DNA of 64,000 bases from Stegostoma tigrinum (taxonomy: Eukaryota): the NCBI RefSeq assembly GCF_030684315.1, contig NC_081388.1, positions 8,664,093 through 8,728,092 on the forward strand, in the 5' to 3' direction. How positions within the stretch are numbered: the stretch's first letter is position 1; each line of letters begins with the position of its first letter. The translations under genes were made by a program, and so were the position numbers. Of this stretch, positions 8,051-20,363 are shown piece by piece. The notes beneath the pieces were generated by a model. That model ran no database searches and had not been told where the DNA came from. It saw only the letters and a program-made list of their open reading frames with translations.

Positions 8051-10859
8051 ATGGGGGATTTTGTAGTGAAGGGTTTGTTTCCTGTGCTGGTGTTAGTTGG
8101 AGCTGTTTGTTGCTCTGAAACTTGGCAACAGTTTCTGAGCCAGAGGATTCCATGGAGAAGAGTGAGAGCCACCCCTGTACCTGAGAGAGTTTCTCCTCAC
8201 GGGGGTTCCATTGGTTCCAGTTTCAGAATGTCTGAGGGTGGGAGTGTGTCCCCACTGCAGACTGTGATGGTGCAGTGTGGAGAGCAGAAGCTGCAGGTCA
8301 GGGCCCAGTTGGATTTATTTGGAACCAGGCACCTAATTAATGCTGCTGACCTGACCCTGGGGACAGCAGGCTGTCAGCCAACCAGGGTCTACCCTGAGAA
8401 CCACACTGTCCTCTTTGACTATGGCCTGCATGAGTGTGGCAGCAGATTGCAGGTAATGGGAGTCCTTCATAGTTGCTGGAAGCTTTAACTGTGGTGTTTC
8501 TTGCTGTGATGCTAGCTGCAGTGCTGTTGGTATAGGGTCTAATTTCTCTTGGTCTCAAACTGAGATTCTCTCTCTTAGATTAAGACAGGTTTGGGAACCA
8601 CAGAACCATTTAAACCTGTGTCCTCAGGGCCTGTAAGTTATTTCTGGTTCTCCTGAACTTCATCAGCTCTATGTTTTGAGGCTTGTTTTCTCTTTAGTCA
8701 CTCCTCTAAACCCCATCCTGTGTGGATCATACTCTTTAACAAAAGGTTAAGAGGGGCCTTGCTCTTGAATGTCTCCAAATTCCCACTTTCATTGCCTTTG
8801 GAATAACTTGGCTCCTGGGATAAGTGTTCTGTTTCTCTATTATTAGATTATCCCCTGTTCTGTTTTGAGTACGTTGCTGATTAGTTTGGTCTTATCCTTG
8901 TGATAGACTCAAATATTGGAGCTTTGCTGATATCTGAGGAAACCAGAATGTGTCTGAGAGAATCACAACCATGTTCTAGTTCCTTCAATGTTTCTTTTCC
9001 CCACAAAACCCATCTATCTGCTTCAACAAATGTGTATTTCCAATGTAAATGCATTCCCTATCTGATCATTGCTGATCTATTGCAAGATGCACGACCTAGT
9101 CCAATTGGTCCAAAATGACTAACCCCTGAGCTATGATTTATTGCCCCTAAAACTGGTCTCACTGCTTGTGTGCAAACAAGCAGCTGGCACCTGCCAAGCT
9201 CCTGAAGGACATCATCCCATTCCCACAATTCCTTATGTTGCATAGCACCTTCAATTCCAATTGTTTCCATTCTTTAATCTGCTGTCTTTCAGATGACTGG
9301 AGACTTCCTGATCTATACCACCCATCTGACCCACATCCCAAACTATCCTGGGTCTGTCATTGTGAGAACCAATGGAGCTGTCATTCCCATTGTGTGTCGT
9401 TATTTGAGGTGAGCCTTTGCTAGATTGTCAACATCATCTGTAGCTGTCACCTGACACTAGACTAAAATGGCTGCACTGTCTCTCCCCAGGACGGGCAATG
9501 TGAGCAGTGACCCCATCAAGCCCACCTGGATCCCATTCAGCTCCACCAGGTCTGGAGAAGGGCATCTGTCATTCTCCCTGCGTCTAATGAATGGTATGTG
9601 AGGGCTGGCTGGGGAGGGATCTCCTGGTGTCACTCAGTAGGTGCAACTCACACTAACCCTTGTCCTCTTGCATGTCAGGTGACTGGCTTACAGAGCGCAC
9701 TTCCACTGTCTACTCCCTGGGAGACCTCATTCACATTGAGGCATCTGTTTCAATGGACAACCACATGCCCCTGAAGCTGTACATTGACCGCTGTGTAGCT
9801 ACACTGAGCCCAGGCAAGGACTCCAGCCCCAGATACAGCATCATTGACTACAATGGGTAAGGAGCTCTCTGCTTTCTCCAGCTGCTCCCATCTCAATGAC
9901 TTCACTCCATTCACTTCATGGCCCTTTGTTCACCTGTAGTTGCCTCGTGGACAGCAAAGCTGAGGACTCCTTTTCAACCTTTGTGTTGCTGAGAGACCAG
10001 CGGGAGCCGGACAAGCTCAGGTTTGACCTGGATGCCTTCCGCTTCTATGGAGATGAACAATCCTTGGTAAGAGGAAGCTGCTGACTTAGCTTCTCCCCAC
10101 TGGGTGGGAGTGACTAAACACTGACTGACTTGTGCTGAATGTGTCCCTCAGATGTTCATCACCTGTCACCTGAAAGTTGTTGCGGTGGATCAGGGAGATT
10201 CCAGGAACAAAGCTTGTACTTTCCAGAAGCTGCACAAGATGTGTGTGTTTATCCCACTTGCTGCCCCTTAGTGATGTTGTTGGGGAGAGGTGATGCTCCA
10301 TGTGGTTGATGGGCTTTTTGTCTTGTTTAGCTGGAGCCCACTGGAGGAATCAACCAGTGACATTTGTGCCTGTTGCCATGTGGGGAACTGTGGTAGCACA
10401 AGGGAGATCATCTTCTCCTCCAGAGGAAGGAGAGACCTTGGACCTGAAGCTGGTAAGTCACTGACTCATGAGACTCTGGGGCTTTTCACGCTTTCCCTGA
10501 CCATGACCGTACTGTTCTTCCTGCAGAGAGTGAAGGTGGATTGAAGTGGGAGGGTGAGGCCTCGCTTGGCCCCCTGCTCATTCTGGATCCTGAGCTGACC
10601 AGCCTGGCAACTGAGCCCCTGACTGAGGATGAGCAAAGGATGCAGGAGATGTCTCCAGGCGGTGAGTTGCCTGACTGCTAGTTTGCCTCTTTGTCCCAGT
10701 TTCCATCAGTAACCATTGGTTTCTCCTTGCTGTGTAGGTGTGCAGTCTGAGCTGGTTGTGATGCTGTCCCTGACAGTGACAGCTGTCTCCCTGATCTCTG
10801 CTTCGTTGATGGCCTTGTTCCTCTACAGGAAGCACCAGCAAACTCTACTCAACTATTGA
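8051..10859 (+). CDS. zp3: Zona pellucida sperm-binding protein 3-like (ZPC), copy 2 (type B), apparently intact, 464 aa
   Basis: Exons 8051-8452, 9293-9408, 9490-9593, 9679-9856, 9940-10066, 10152-10240, 10331-10452, 10527-10661 and 10738-10859 sum to 1395 nt in frame. Kozak context ATCATGG and a signal peptide. ZP-N Cys in VQCGE, GCQP, HECGS and IVCRY; linker GNVSS/KPTW; ZP-C motifs [39 protein letters not shown] and NKACTF. Then [20 protein letters not shown] and a TM helix. Confidence 0.92.
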
Positions 10860-13800
10860 TGGAATAGTCCAATAAAGCAGTGACTCCTTGTCTCTTGTTT
10901 CTTGTGTCTAGTTTGTCTCTGCATCATCATGAGTCGATACCCCTGGGGTTATGCTATGAACCCCCAGAAAACCTTCTCAATCCATTTTTATTGAATGTAC
11001 TGTTTAGGCTTCACTGCTTGCAGTGACCACAGGGTCTTGTTGGCAACACAAAATGGGACTTCCACGCCTGAGATCACTGTTCAGACCATTTCCCTCTATA
11101 ATAGGAACACTGGTGTGAACTGTTCTGGGTTTGCTCCCATTACATCTGGTCCTTTGTGAATAAGGATGCCTGGGTCTTCAGAGTAAGAAACATGGATCAG
11201 ACTGACCCTCCATGCTGTATCTGTGCCTCTTTACCTGGCTACTGGGCATGGGTGGCATGGAGGCTTAGTGGTTTACACTGCTGCAATGCCACACCAGGAA
11301 CCAGAGTTCAATCTGCCTGCTGGTGGTTGCACACTCACCCTGTGACTGGGTTTAGTGCTCAGGTGTTTTCCCCTAGCCCAAAGGTGCGCCAGTCCTGGTG
11401 AATTTTCCGTGGGGAAAGTGCCCCAGAGTACAGGGATGTATATGCACTCTGGGTCAGAGATGGGGGGACGTAGGGTTAAAGGGTGTTGGGCTGTTCTTCG
11501 GAATGTTTGGGGTAGCAGTGTGGACTAAAGGGGACATTTGGGCTGCTTACATACTGGTGAGAATTCTAAGGGGTAAATCAAACTGGTGCATGACACACAT
11601 TGCTCTGGCTCTATCTTGTTAATATTTTAAAAAAATCTCAGTTCAATATCCGCCTTCTCTTCTAAATGCTTGTTTTTTCTCTCCACTGGGCTTTCTCCTG
11701 GGAGTTTTGGTCTGATATCAGATAGTCCTGACTCAAGCATCTACTCTGCAAATCGCATCTGAATGTGAGTGCAGGATGGGGGCCCTGTTTTGGAAAGTAG
11801 AGGCCTGAAGATGCCTTCAGGCCCTCGTTAACAACTGGGGCCTGAAGGTGAACAATATCAAGTATCACCCCTTCTGCTCCAAAAACTACACCCAGTTGCT
11901 GATGACCTAATTAGAAAGATGGCCGTAACACACATCTGAGAGTTACTGCCCAAGCACCTTTGTAAGCTTTAGCTGTTTAAAAACTCCATTACTGTGGTGG
12001 TGTGTTTCTCTATAATGTGTTCTCCTCCTGTAATATCTTCACACAAATGTTCTAAGATGTTTAGTGCCCTGGAGCGTTTCAGTAATCCTGTTTTGATTTA
12101 CATCAAGCTGGGCACCATCCATTGTGAAACAATTTTTAAAATAATTTCCTCACGGATGAGGGTGGCACAGGCTAGGTGCGTGTTTATTGGCCAGAGGCCA
12201 GCTGTAGTCCAGGCAAGGATGGCAGTTTCCTTCTGTAAAGGATGTTGGTGAACTAGATGGGTTTTCTCCCAACAATTGGTTACAGACTCTGTCATTATTG
12301 GACAGGTTAATCACTGATATTTTCAATGAATTTGCATTCCAGCATCTGCTGTGGTGGGATTTGACTCCAGCTCCTCAGAAAATCACCTGTTGTGTCTCTC
12401 GTTTAACTATAATACCACAAGGCCATCGTAATTACCCACGGCATTCTATCGCAGGCAGAGAAAGAACAATATTGTTGAGCTTGGAGCTTGTCCTCTGACA
12501 GTGTTATTCAATCATTTCAGTCTGGAGGAAAACGAAAGGGTGTTCTGTGCATCTGAGCACTTAGTTTTGGGTGTGTGGAAGTATTACTGTGTTCATCCTT
12601 TCTCTGAGAAGCCACTGGGGCTAACTTTCTATGATCTCGCACCATGCTTCAGTACCTCTTTGTGGGCAAGCACTGTTGGAGCTACGTTATGTTGGGTAAA
12701 AAGTTAAATTCATCACCATTCCGCTCACATATTTGCTTGTAAATTAAATATACTCCAGGCACTGTGTTCAAAGAAGCACAGGTGAATGTTTGCTGGCATT
12801 CTGATCAGTCGTTTTCCCTCAGTGAGCACCCCTGTAGGATCTTGCTGTGCCCAGCTTTCCTGCTGCTTCTCCCTACATTACCACAGATGCCACACTTCAA
12901 ATTTCACCCCATTCAGGTTGGAGATGTGCTCACTGAGCGAACAGGTTTGGATGCAAACGTTTCATCACCCTGCTCGGTAACGTCGTCAGTGCACCTCTGG
13001 GGAAGCGATGGTGTTCTGTCCTACTAGTTAATTCTGTGTCTCGGCTTGCTGGAATGGTTGGGATTCCTTCCGGTTCTGTTTCTCAGTGGTTTGTACATTG
13101 GGACAGTTCAATCACTGAGGAACAGAACTGGAAGCTATACCAGCCATTCCAGCAAACAGAGACATATAAATAACAAGTGGGACAGAACACCATCGCTTCC
13201 CCAGAGGCACACTGATGATATTATCTACCAGGGCGATGAAATGTTTGCACCCAAAGCCAACGGCTCGGCCAGCATGTCTACAACCTCATTCACAACCCCA
13301 ACTACCAATCTCCTCAAACTTTTCACCCCAGTGTCTGCGAATCGCTTTCAGCACGTTCTTAACTTGAAAAGAGACACGATCAGAATGCATTTACTTTAAG
13401 GTGGTTTGGACAGTAACCAGTCCTTCACCACCCCTGAAAGGCTCACAGTAAGCTTGGCTCTTTGTTACATTGTTGGCTTGACATTGGCCGGGCAGCTGTT
13501 GTTCTGGGCAGATGAGGAAGCAGCAGGAAGAATGTAGACAGAAAGCAATGTCTTTTCATGGAATCAGATGGCACCAGTAACCAGCCACTGAGGACTTGGG
13601 ATTGAGAGCAGGGTTGGCACTCAGTGCGTCAGCTCATCTCATCTATTGGCACGGACCCTGGCATTGCCTTATGCATGTGGATATCTCACCTGATTCCTTT
13701 TGCCTTGCTGCTTCCAATGACTCTTTCAAAGTTTGACGCTTTCAAATCTGTTTTTACTGCGATCCTGCGACTGCACCAATCTGAAAGTAAACAGGGCCGA

Positions 13801-15184
13801 ATGGTACATGTTGTATACATTGCCCTGCCTACCACCCTCAGATTGTGGTCAGGGCACTTCATTGCTACGAGCCTCTCGTCGTGACCAACCCGGCTGGTGG
13901 GCAAGTAAAGTGACCAATGAGTCTCAACCAGAAGAGGCCATTTTTTTCGAAAAAACAAGGTCTCATTTAGTGAGTGACAGTGATCACAAACCACCTAATT
14001 TACCAAGTTGCTCCCACAATGATGAGGAAATCTAGGTTAAGATCTCTAACCTCTTTGGGTTCCAAGATCCTCAAGACATGATTGGATAAAACTCTTCCGA
14101 GAGTTAAACCGTTCAAAATTATTACTTCATACAGCATCTCCATCAAACCTTACCCTATTTTGCACGGACCATTAAATTAACCGTGACCCCACATTCCCCC
14201 AAGCCTCCGATTTTACAACTTCATGGCATCCTGGAGGTTTTGCAATTCTCCCTGAATTCATTCTCTTCAGACTTGGCAGATTGGTGGGTCTTTGACTTGA
14301 GGGCTATTGGCCTTGATCCTATTCTAAAGCTCACATCAGCAGACTACTTGAAATGCTGGTGTTTTGAGCTGAGGTTGAAACTCGTGCTACCCCAGGGGCG
14401 TTACTCTATCACCTTAGCTGGAGAACTCTTCATCTCCTGAATTTCTTTTGCAGCTGAACTCTTTCCTGATAACTATGGTAGTTGCCACATAACATCATCT
14501 CAGGAACGTTCATCTCGTGGAATTTTCATCATGGACTCCTCTGGTGAAGCCTCTATTTTCTTTTACAATGTATAGGATTCTGGGTTTATGGACCAGATAA
14601 TCTCTTCACAATCATGTTCTGTGCCTTCATCTTTATTTAGTTGCGGTTCCTATGGAAACATGTGCAGGTCACTTTCAATCAGTGTGAACTAATCTTTACA
14701 CTTACCCACTCCCCCAACCCCGATACATCTGTACTGAAGCAAGTCCGCTCTCTATGTTAACTAATAGCTTGTTCTGAACATCTTAATTTGCCCTCAATGT
14801 TTGTCCTATTGATGAACACAATATGTTCATATCCTTGGTCACTGTTGAAGAATTGTTCAGAGGAAGGGTCTCTCTACCCGAAACAGTAACTGTGATTTCT
14901 CCCCACAGATGCTGCCAGCTCTGGTGAGCTTTTCCAGAAATTTCTGTTTTTGTTTCTGATTCACTGCACCTGTGGCTCTGTCAGTTTTTAACTGAAAAAT
15001 TGTTATTGACTTTGCTCTTTCACAGACTGTCAGAGTCATGGAGTTATACAGCATGGAAGCAGGAGTAGGGAACCCTGGATGAAAAAGGCTGTTACCAGAA
15101 CAAAGAAGGTGGGATTGATCAGGTACAGGCAACTGGGATCAAGGGAAGGCATGGAGGTAGAGAGGGGTTACAGGATTTAACTGA

Positions 15185-17238
15185 AGAAGGAAATCAGGAT
15201 GTCTCAAGAGGGGCATGAGTCAGCTTTGACTGAAAATGTCAGGGCGAATCCAAATAGATTCTTTCCGTATGTTAAAGCCATAAAAATAACTGGAGAGAGA
15301 ATAGGAACTCTGAATGGCCAGAGTGGACATGCATGTGTGGAACTGCAGGAGATGAATGAGGTTCTCAATGAATAGTTTGCCTCTTTGTGAACTGTGGATA
15401 ATGACATGAAGACATGGCAACTTTGGGAAGTCAGTGGTGATATCTTGGTGACAGTCCATGTCACAGTGGAGGAGGTGTTGGAAGTATTGGAAGTGCTGAG
15501 AAGAGAAATCTGGGAATTATAGACTTGTAAGCATAACGTGTGTGATAGGCATGTTACTTGAGAAGATTCTGAGGGATAAGATATGCATGCATATGAAAAG
15601 ACAGGGTTTGATTAGGAGTAGTCAGTGTGGCTTTGTGCATTAGAGATGATGCCAAACAAAGTTGTCAGAGTTCTTTGATGAAATGTTCAGGAAGTGTGAT
15701 GGCAGCACAGGAGGCGTCGTCCGTATGGATTTCAGTGAGGCCTTTGATAAGTTTCCATGTTTTAGGCAGCTCTGGAAGGTTAGCTTGAATAGAATCCAGT
15801 AAACGAGATACATAATTGGCTTGATGGGTGGAAGCAGAGAGTAATAGTGAAAGGATGCTTGTCGGAGTGGAGGCCTGTGACTCGTGGTGTGCCTCAGGGG
15901 TCAGTGCTGGGCCTATTGCTGTTTGTTATCTATATCAATGCTGTAGATGAGGGTGTACAAGGCATGATTAGTCAGTTGGCAGATGACACTGAAATAGATA
16001 GTATTGTGGATAGTGAGGAAAGTTTTCAGAAATTGCAACATGATGTTGATCAGCTGTGGAAGTGGGCCGATAAATGGCAAATGGATTTGATTCTAGATAA
16101 GTGTGAGGTGTTGCATTGTGGAAAGCGAAATCAAGGTGGGAATTTCAGGGTGAACGGTACGGCTGTAAGGAGTGTAGTGGAACAGAGGGACATTGGAGTT
16201 CAGGCGCACAATTCTCTGACAGCTGAGTGACGGCTAGACAGGGCAGTGAAGATGGCGTTTGACAAACTGGCTTTCGTCTATGTGTGCATTGAGTATCGAA
16301 GGTGGGAATTTGTGTTGCAGATGAGGACGACACATTTGGCGTATCAGCCTAACAAAGTGTGGATGAACACAGCAGGCCAGGCAGCATGTGGGGAGCAGGA
16401 AAGTTGATGTTTCAGGTCGGGACTCTTCTTCAGAAATTGGAGAAGGGGAAGGAAGCTCAGAAGTTAATAGAAAGAGGAGGGGTTGAACTGGGGAAGGTAG
16501 ATGGGATGGTGACAGGTGAGTGCAGGTAGGGGTGGTGGGGATTAGTCAGTGAGGTGGGAGGCGCAGATAGGTGGGAGAGAAGGTGGACAGGTTGTATCAG
16601 GTCAAGGAGGTAGGGATGAGAGGTAGGGTTGATCACGAGATGAGGCCGGGCAAGGGGAGATTTTAAAACTGGTAAAATCCACGTTTAGGCCATTGGGCTG
16701 TCAGCTCCTGAGGCAGGACATGAGGTGCTTCTCGTCCAGTTTGTGGCAAGTAGTTTGTTGCAAGTCAAGTGCAGATCCTCCACAAAACAGGCTCTGTATC
16801 TCCTCTTGCAGTATTGTGTTCAGATTTGGTCACCTTGTTACAGGAACAATCCTATTAAATTGGAAAAGATGAAACAGTTGCCCTGAGATAGAGGTAGAGG
16901 TTGGACAAGCTCAGGCTAATTTCTTTAGAGTGTAGGAGACTGAGAGGAGATCTCCTCGAAGTGTATAAGCTCATGAGAGTCTTGTAAATACATGGAAACC
17001 TGGTCACCCTGAGAGTGGTACACACATGTAGTAAGGGGCCAACAGAAGTGCTTGAGGGGCTACATTAACAACATTTAACAGGCATTGGGACAAATACATG
17101 GATGGGAAAGGTTTAGAAGGACAGGGTCCTGGTGCAAGGAAATGATTTTAGCACGGATAGGCATTTTGGTCAGCGTGCATCATTCCGGGCCAAAGGACCT
17201 CTCTCTAAGCCAGAAGACTCTGTGACTCTATTGTTCTC
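15185..17238 (+). mobile_element. Decayed CR1-type LINE, longer form retaining the RT core; twin at ~42860-44915
   Basis: ORF 15847-16230 contains GVPQGSVLGLLLFVIYIN, QLADDTEI (a FADD-like motif), LQHDVDQLWKWADKWQM and KCEVLH, all typical non-LTR RT motifs. Confidence 0.85.
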
Positions 17239-17506
17239 AGGGGGCCATCACCATGAGAACCTGTGGAGCTGAATGCAGTCAGGTGACAGCATGGCAACTC
17301 CCAGCCATTCCCATTGGTCCAAATGAAATGGGCCCTCCTGGTAAGAAGCCAATGGATGTAGACATTGGTGGAATTTCCAGAGTTTAGGACTGGATCATTT
17401 GTTCAATGTTGCTGCTTCTGGTCTGATTGGTGTCAGGTGAGTGCAGGTTGTGTGTATAAAAGGAGCTGGGTGGGGGCTGGAGGGGATGGTTGAAGTGTTT
17501 GTGATC

Positions 17507-20363
17507 ATGGGGGATTTTGTAGTGAGGGGTTTATTCCCTGTGTTGTTATTTGGAGCTGTTTGTTGCTTGGAAACTCAGCAACTGAACCTGAGGCATCCAT
17601 GGAGAGGAGTGAGAGCCACCCCTGGACCTGAGAGAGTCCCTCCTCATGGGAGTCCCATTGGTTCCAGTTTCAGAATGTCTGAGGGTGGGAGTGTGTCCCC
17701 ACTGCAGACTGTGATGGTGCAGTGTGGAGAGCAGAAGCTGCAGGTCAGGGCCCAGTTGGATTTATTTGGAACCAGGCACCCAATTAATGCTGCTGACCTG
17801 ACCCTGGGGACAGCAGGCTGTCAGCCAACCAGGGTCTACCCTGAGAACCACACTGTCCTCTTTGACTATGGCCTGCATGAGTGTGGTAGCAGATTGCAGG
17901 TAATGGGAGTCCTCCATAGTTGTGGGAAGCTTGGTCTATAGTGTTCCTTGCTGTAATGCTGGCTCCAATGCTGTGGTTATTGAGGTCTACTTTCTCTTGT
18001 TCTCAAACTGAGATTGTCTCTTCTAGATTTGACTGTGGCTGAAGTGGTTCTGTGGGCCCCCAAACCCCTCTGTTGTCCCTATGGCATTGAGATTATTTCT
18101 GGTTCTCCTGGATATGATTAGCTTTCGATGTTTGAGTCTTGTTTCTCCTTAGTCAGCTCTACTGACATTCTCATCCCTTGAGGGTGACACTGCTAAAAAC
18201 AACATTACCTTTGAGCTGCCTTGTTCTTGAAGGGCTCCAAATTCCCACTTTCCTTGCCTTTGGAACAACTGGGCTTTTGGGATATGTGCTCTGTTTCTGC
18301 ATTATTAGATTATCCCCTGGTCTATTTACTGAAGCTGACTTTATTCAATCACTTTGCTGAATAGTTTAGCCTTGTCCTCTCAAGATGCTCAAATGTTAGG
18401 TTTGCTGATGACTGAGGAAACCAAAATGTCTGAGAGAATCGGGGTCATGTGACTGTTCCCTCAGTGATTTCTATTGCTAGTTTCTACAAAAACCATCCAT
18501 CTGTTTCAACAACTGTGTTTTTCCACTGTAAATGCATTCCCTATCTGATCATTGCTGATCAATTGATTGATGCACTACCTTGTCAAATTGGTCCAAAATG
18601 ATGAACCTCTGAGCTATGATGTATTGCCGGTAAAACTGGTGTCACTGCTTGTGAGCAAACAAGAGGCTGGCACTGAGCCTGTCAACTCCCTAAGTAATTG
18701 TGGGAATGGGATGATGTCCTTGTGTTGCATAGAACCTTCATTTCAAATTGGTTCCCCATTCCTTCATCTGTTGTCTTTCAGATGACTGGAGACTTCCTGA
18801 TCTACACCACCCACCTGACCCACATCCCAAACTATCCTGGGTCTGTCATTGTGAGAACCAATGGAGCTGTCATTCCCATTGTGTGTCGTTATTTGAGGTG
18901 AGCCTTTGCTAGATTGTCAACATCATCTGTAGCTGTCACCTGACACTAGCCTAAAATGGCTGCACTGTCTCTCCCCAGGACGGGCAATGTGAGCAGTGAC
19001 CCCATCAAGCCCACCTGGATCCCATTCAGCTCCACCAGGTCTGGAGAAGGGCATCTGTCATTCTCCCTGCGTCTAATGAATGGTATGTGAGGGCTGGCTG
19101 GGGAGGGATCTCCTGGTGTCACTCACTGGGAGCTGCACCTACTATCTGTAACCCTTGTCCTCTTGTACTTCAGGTGACTGGCTCACAGAGCGCACTTCCA
19201 CTGTCTACTCCCTGGGAGACCTCATTCACATTGAGGCATCTGTTTCAATGGACAACCACTTGCCCCTGAAGCTGTACATTGACCGCTGTGTAGCTACACT
19301 GAGCCCAGACAAGGACTCCAGCCCCAGATACAGCATCGTTGACTACAATGGGTAAGGAGCTCTCTGCTTTCTCCAGCTGCTTCCATCTCAATGGCTTCAC
19401 TCCGTTCACTTCATGGCCCTTTGTTCACCTGCAGTTGCCTCGTAGACAGCAAAGCTGAGGACTCCTTTTCAACCTTTGTGTTGCTGAGAGACCAGCGGGA
19501 GCCGGACAAGCTCAGGTTTGACCTGGATGCCTTCCGCTTCTATTGAGATGAACAATCCTTGGTAAGAGGAAGCTGCTGATTAGTCACTCCCACCCAGTGG
19601 GGAGAAGCCAAACTGACTTGTGCTGAATGTGTCCCTCAGATATTCATCACCTGTCACCTGAAAGTTGCTGCAGTAGATCAGGGAGATTCCAGGAACAAAG
19701 CTTGTACTTTCCAGAAGCTGCACAAGATGTGAGTGGTTTCTGACCTACCCTCTGCCCCCACTCACTGTCCCTTAGTGATGTTGTTGGTGAGGTGATGCCC
19801 CACGTGGTTCATGAGCTTTTTCTCCTGTTTAGCTGGACCCCACTAGAGGAATCAAGCAGTGACATTTGTGCCTGTTGCCATGTGGGGAACTGTGGTAGCA
19901 CACGGGACATCATCCTTCCCTTCAGAGGAAGGAGAGACCTTGGAGCTGAAGCTGGTAAGTCACTGACCCACGAGATGTTCGGGCTATACACCCCTTCCTG
20001 AACCTAACCGTACTGCTCTCTCTCCTGCAGAGAGTGAAGCTGGATTGAAGTGGGAGGGTGTGTCCTCTGTTGGCCCCCTGCTCATTCTGGATCCTGAGCT
20101 GACCAGCCTGGCGACTGAGCCCCTGACTGAGGATGAGCAAAGGATGCAGGAGATGTCTCCAGGTGGTGAGTTGCCTGACTGCTAGTTTGCCTCTTTGTCC
20201 CAGTTTCCCTCAGTAACCATTGGTTTCTCCTTGCTGTGTAGGTGTGCAGTCTGAGCTGGTTGTGATGCTGTCCCTGACAGTGACAGCTGTCTCCCTGATC
20301 TCTGCTTTGTTGATGGCCCTGTTCCTGTACAGGAAGCACCAGCGAACTCCACTCAGCTATTGA
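17507..20363 (+). pseudogene. zp3: ZP3-like copy 3 (type A) with a nonsense codon in exon 5
   Basis: Same 9-exon layout. TTC TAT TGA at 19544-19546, where all other copies have TAT GGA, truncates ZP-C before the furin site and TM helix. Confidence 0.8.

Noticed and set aside
15847-16230. Reverse-transcriptase ORF as a retron/DGR-like or domesticated RT next to repeated genes
   Set aside because: It is a short, decayed CR1-type LINE fragment surrounded by stops and deleted in five of seven units; the context is eukaryotic.
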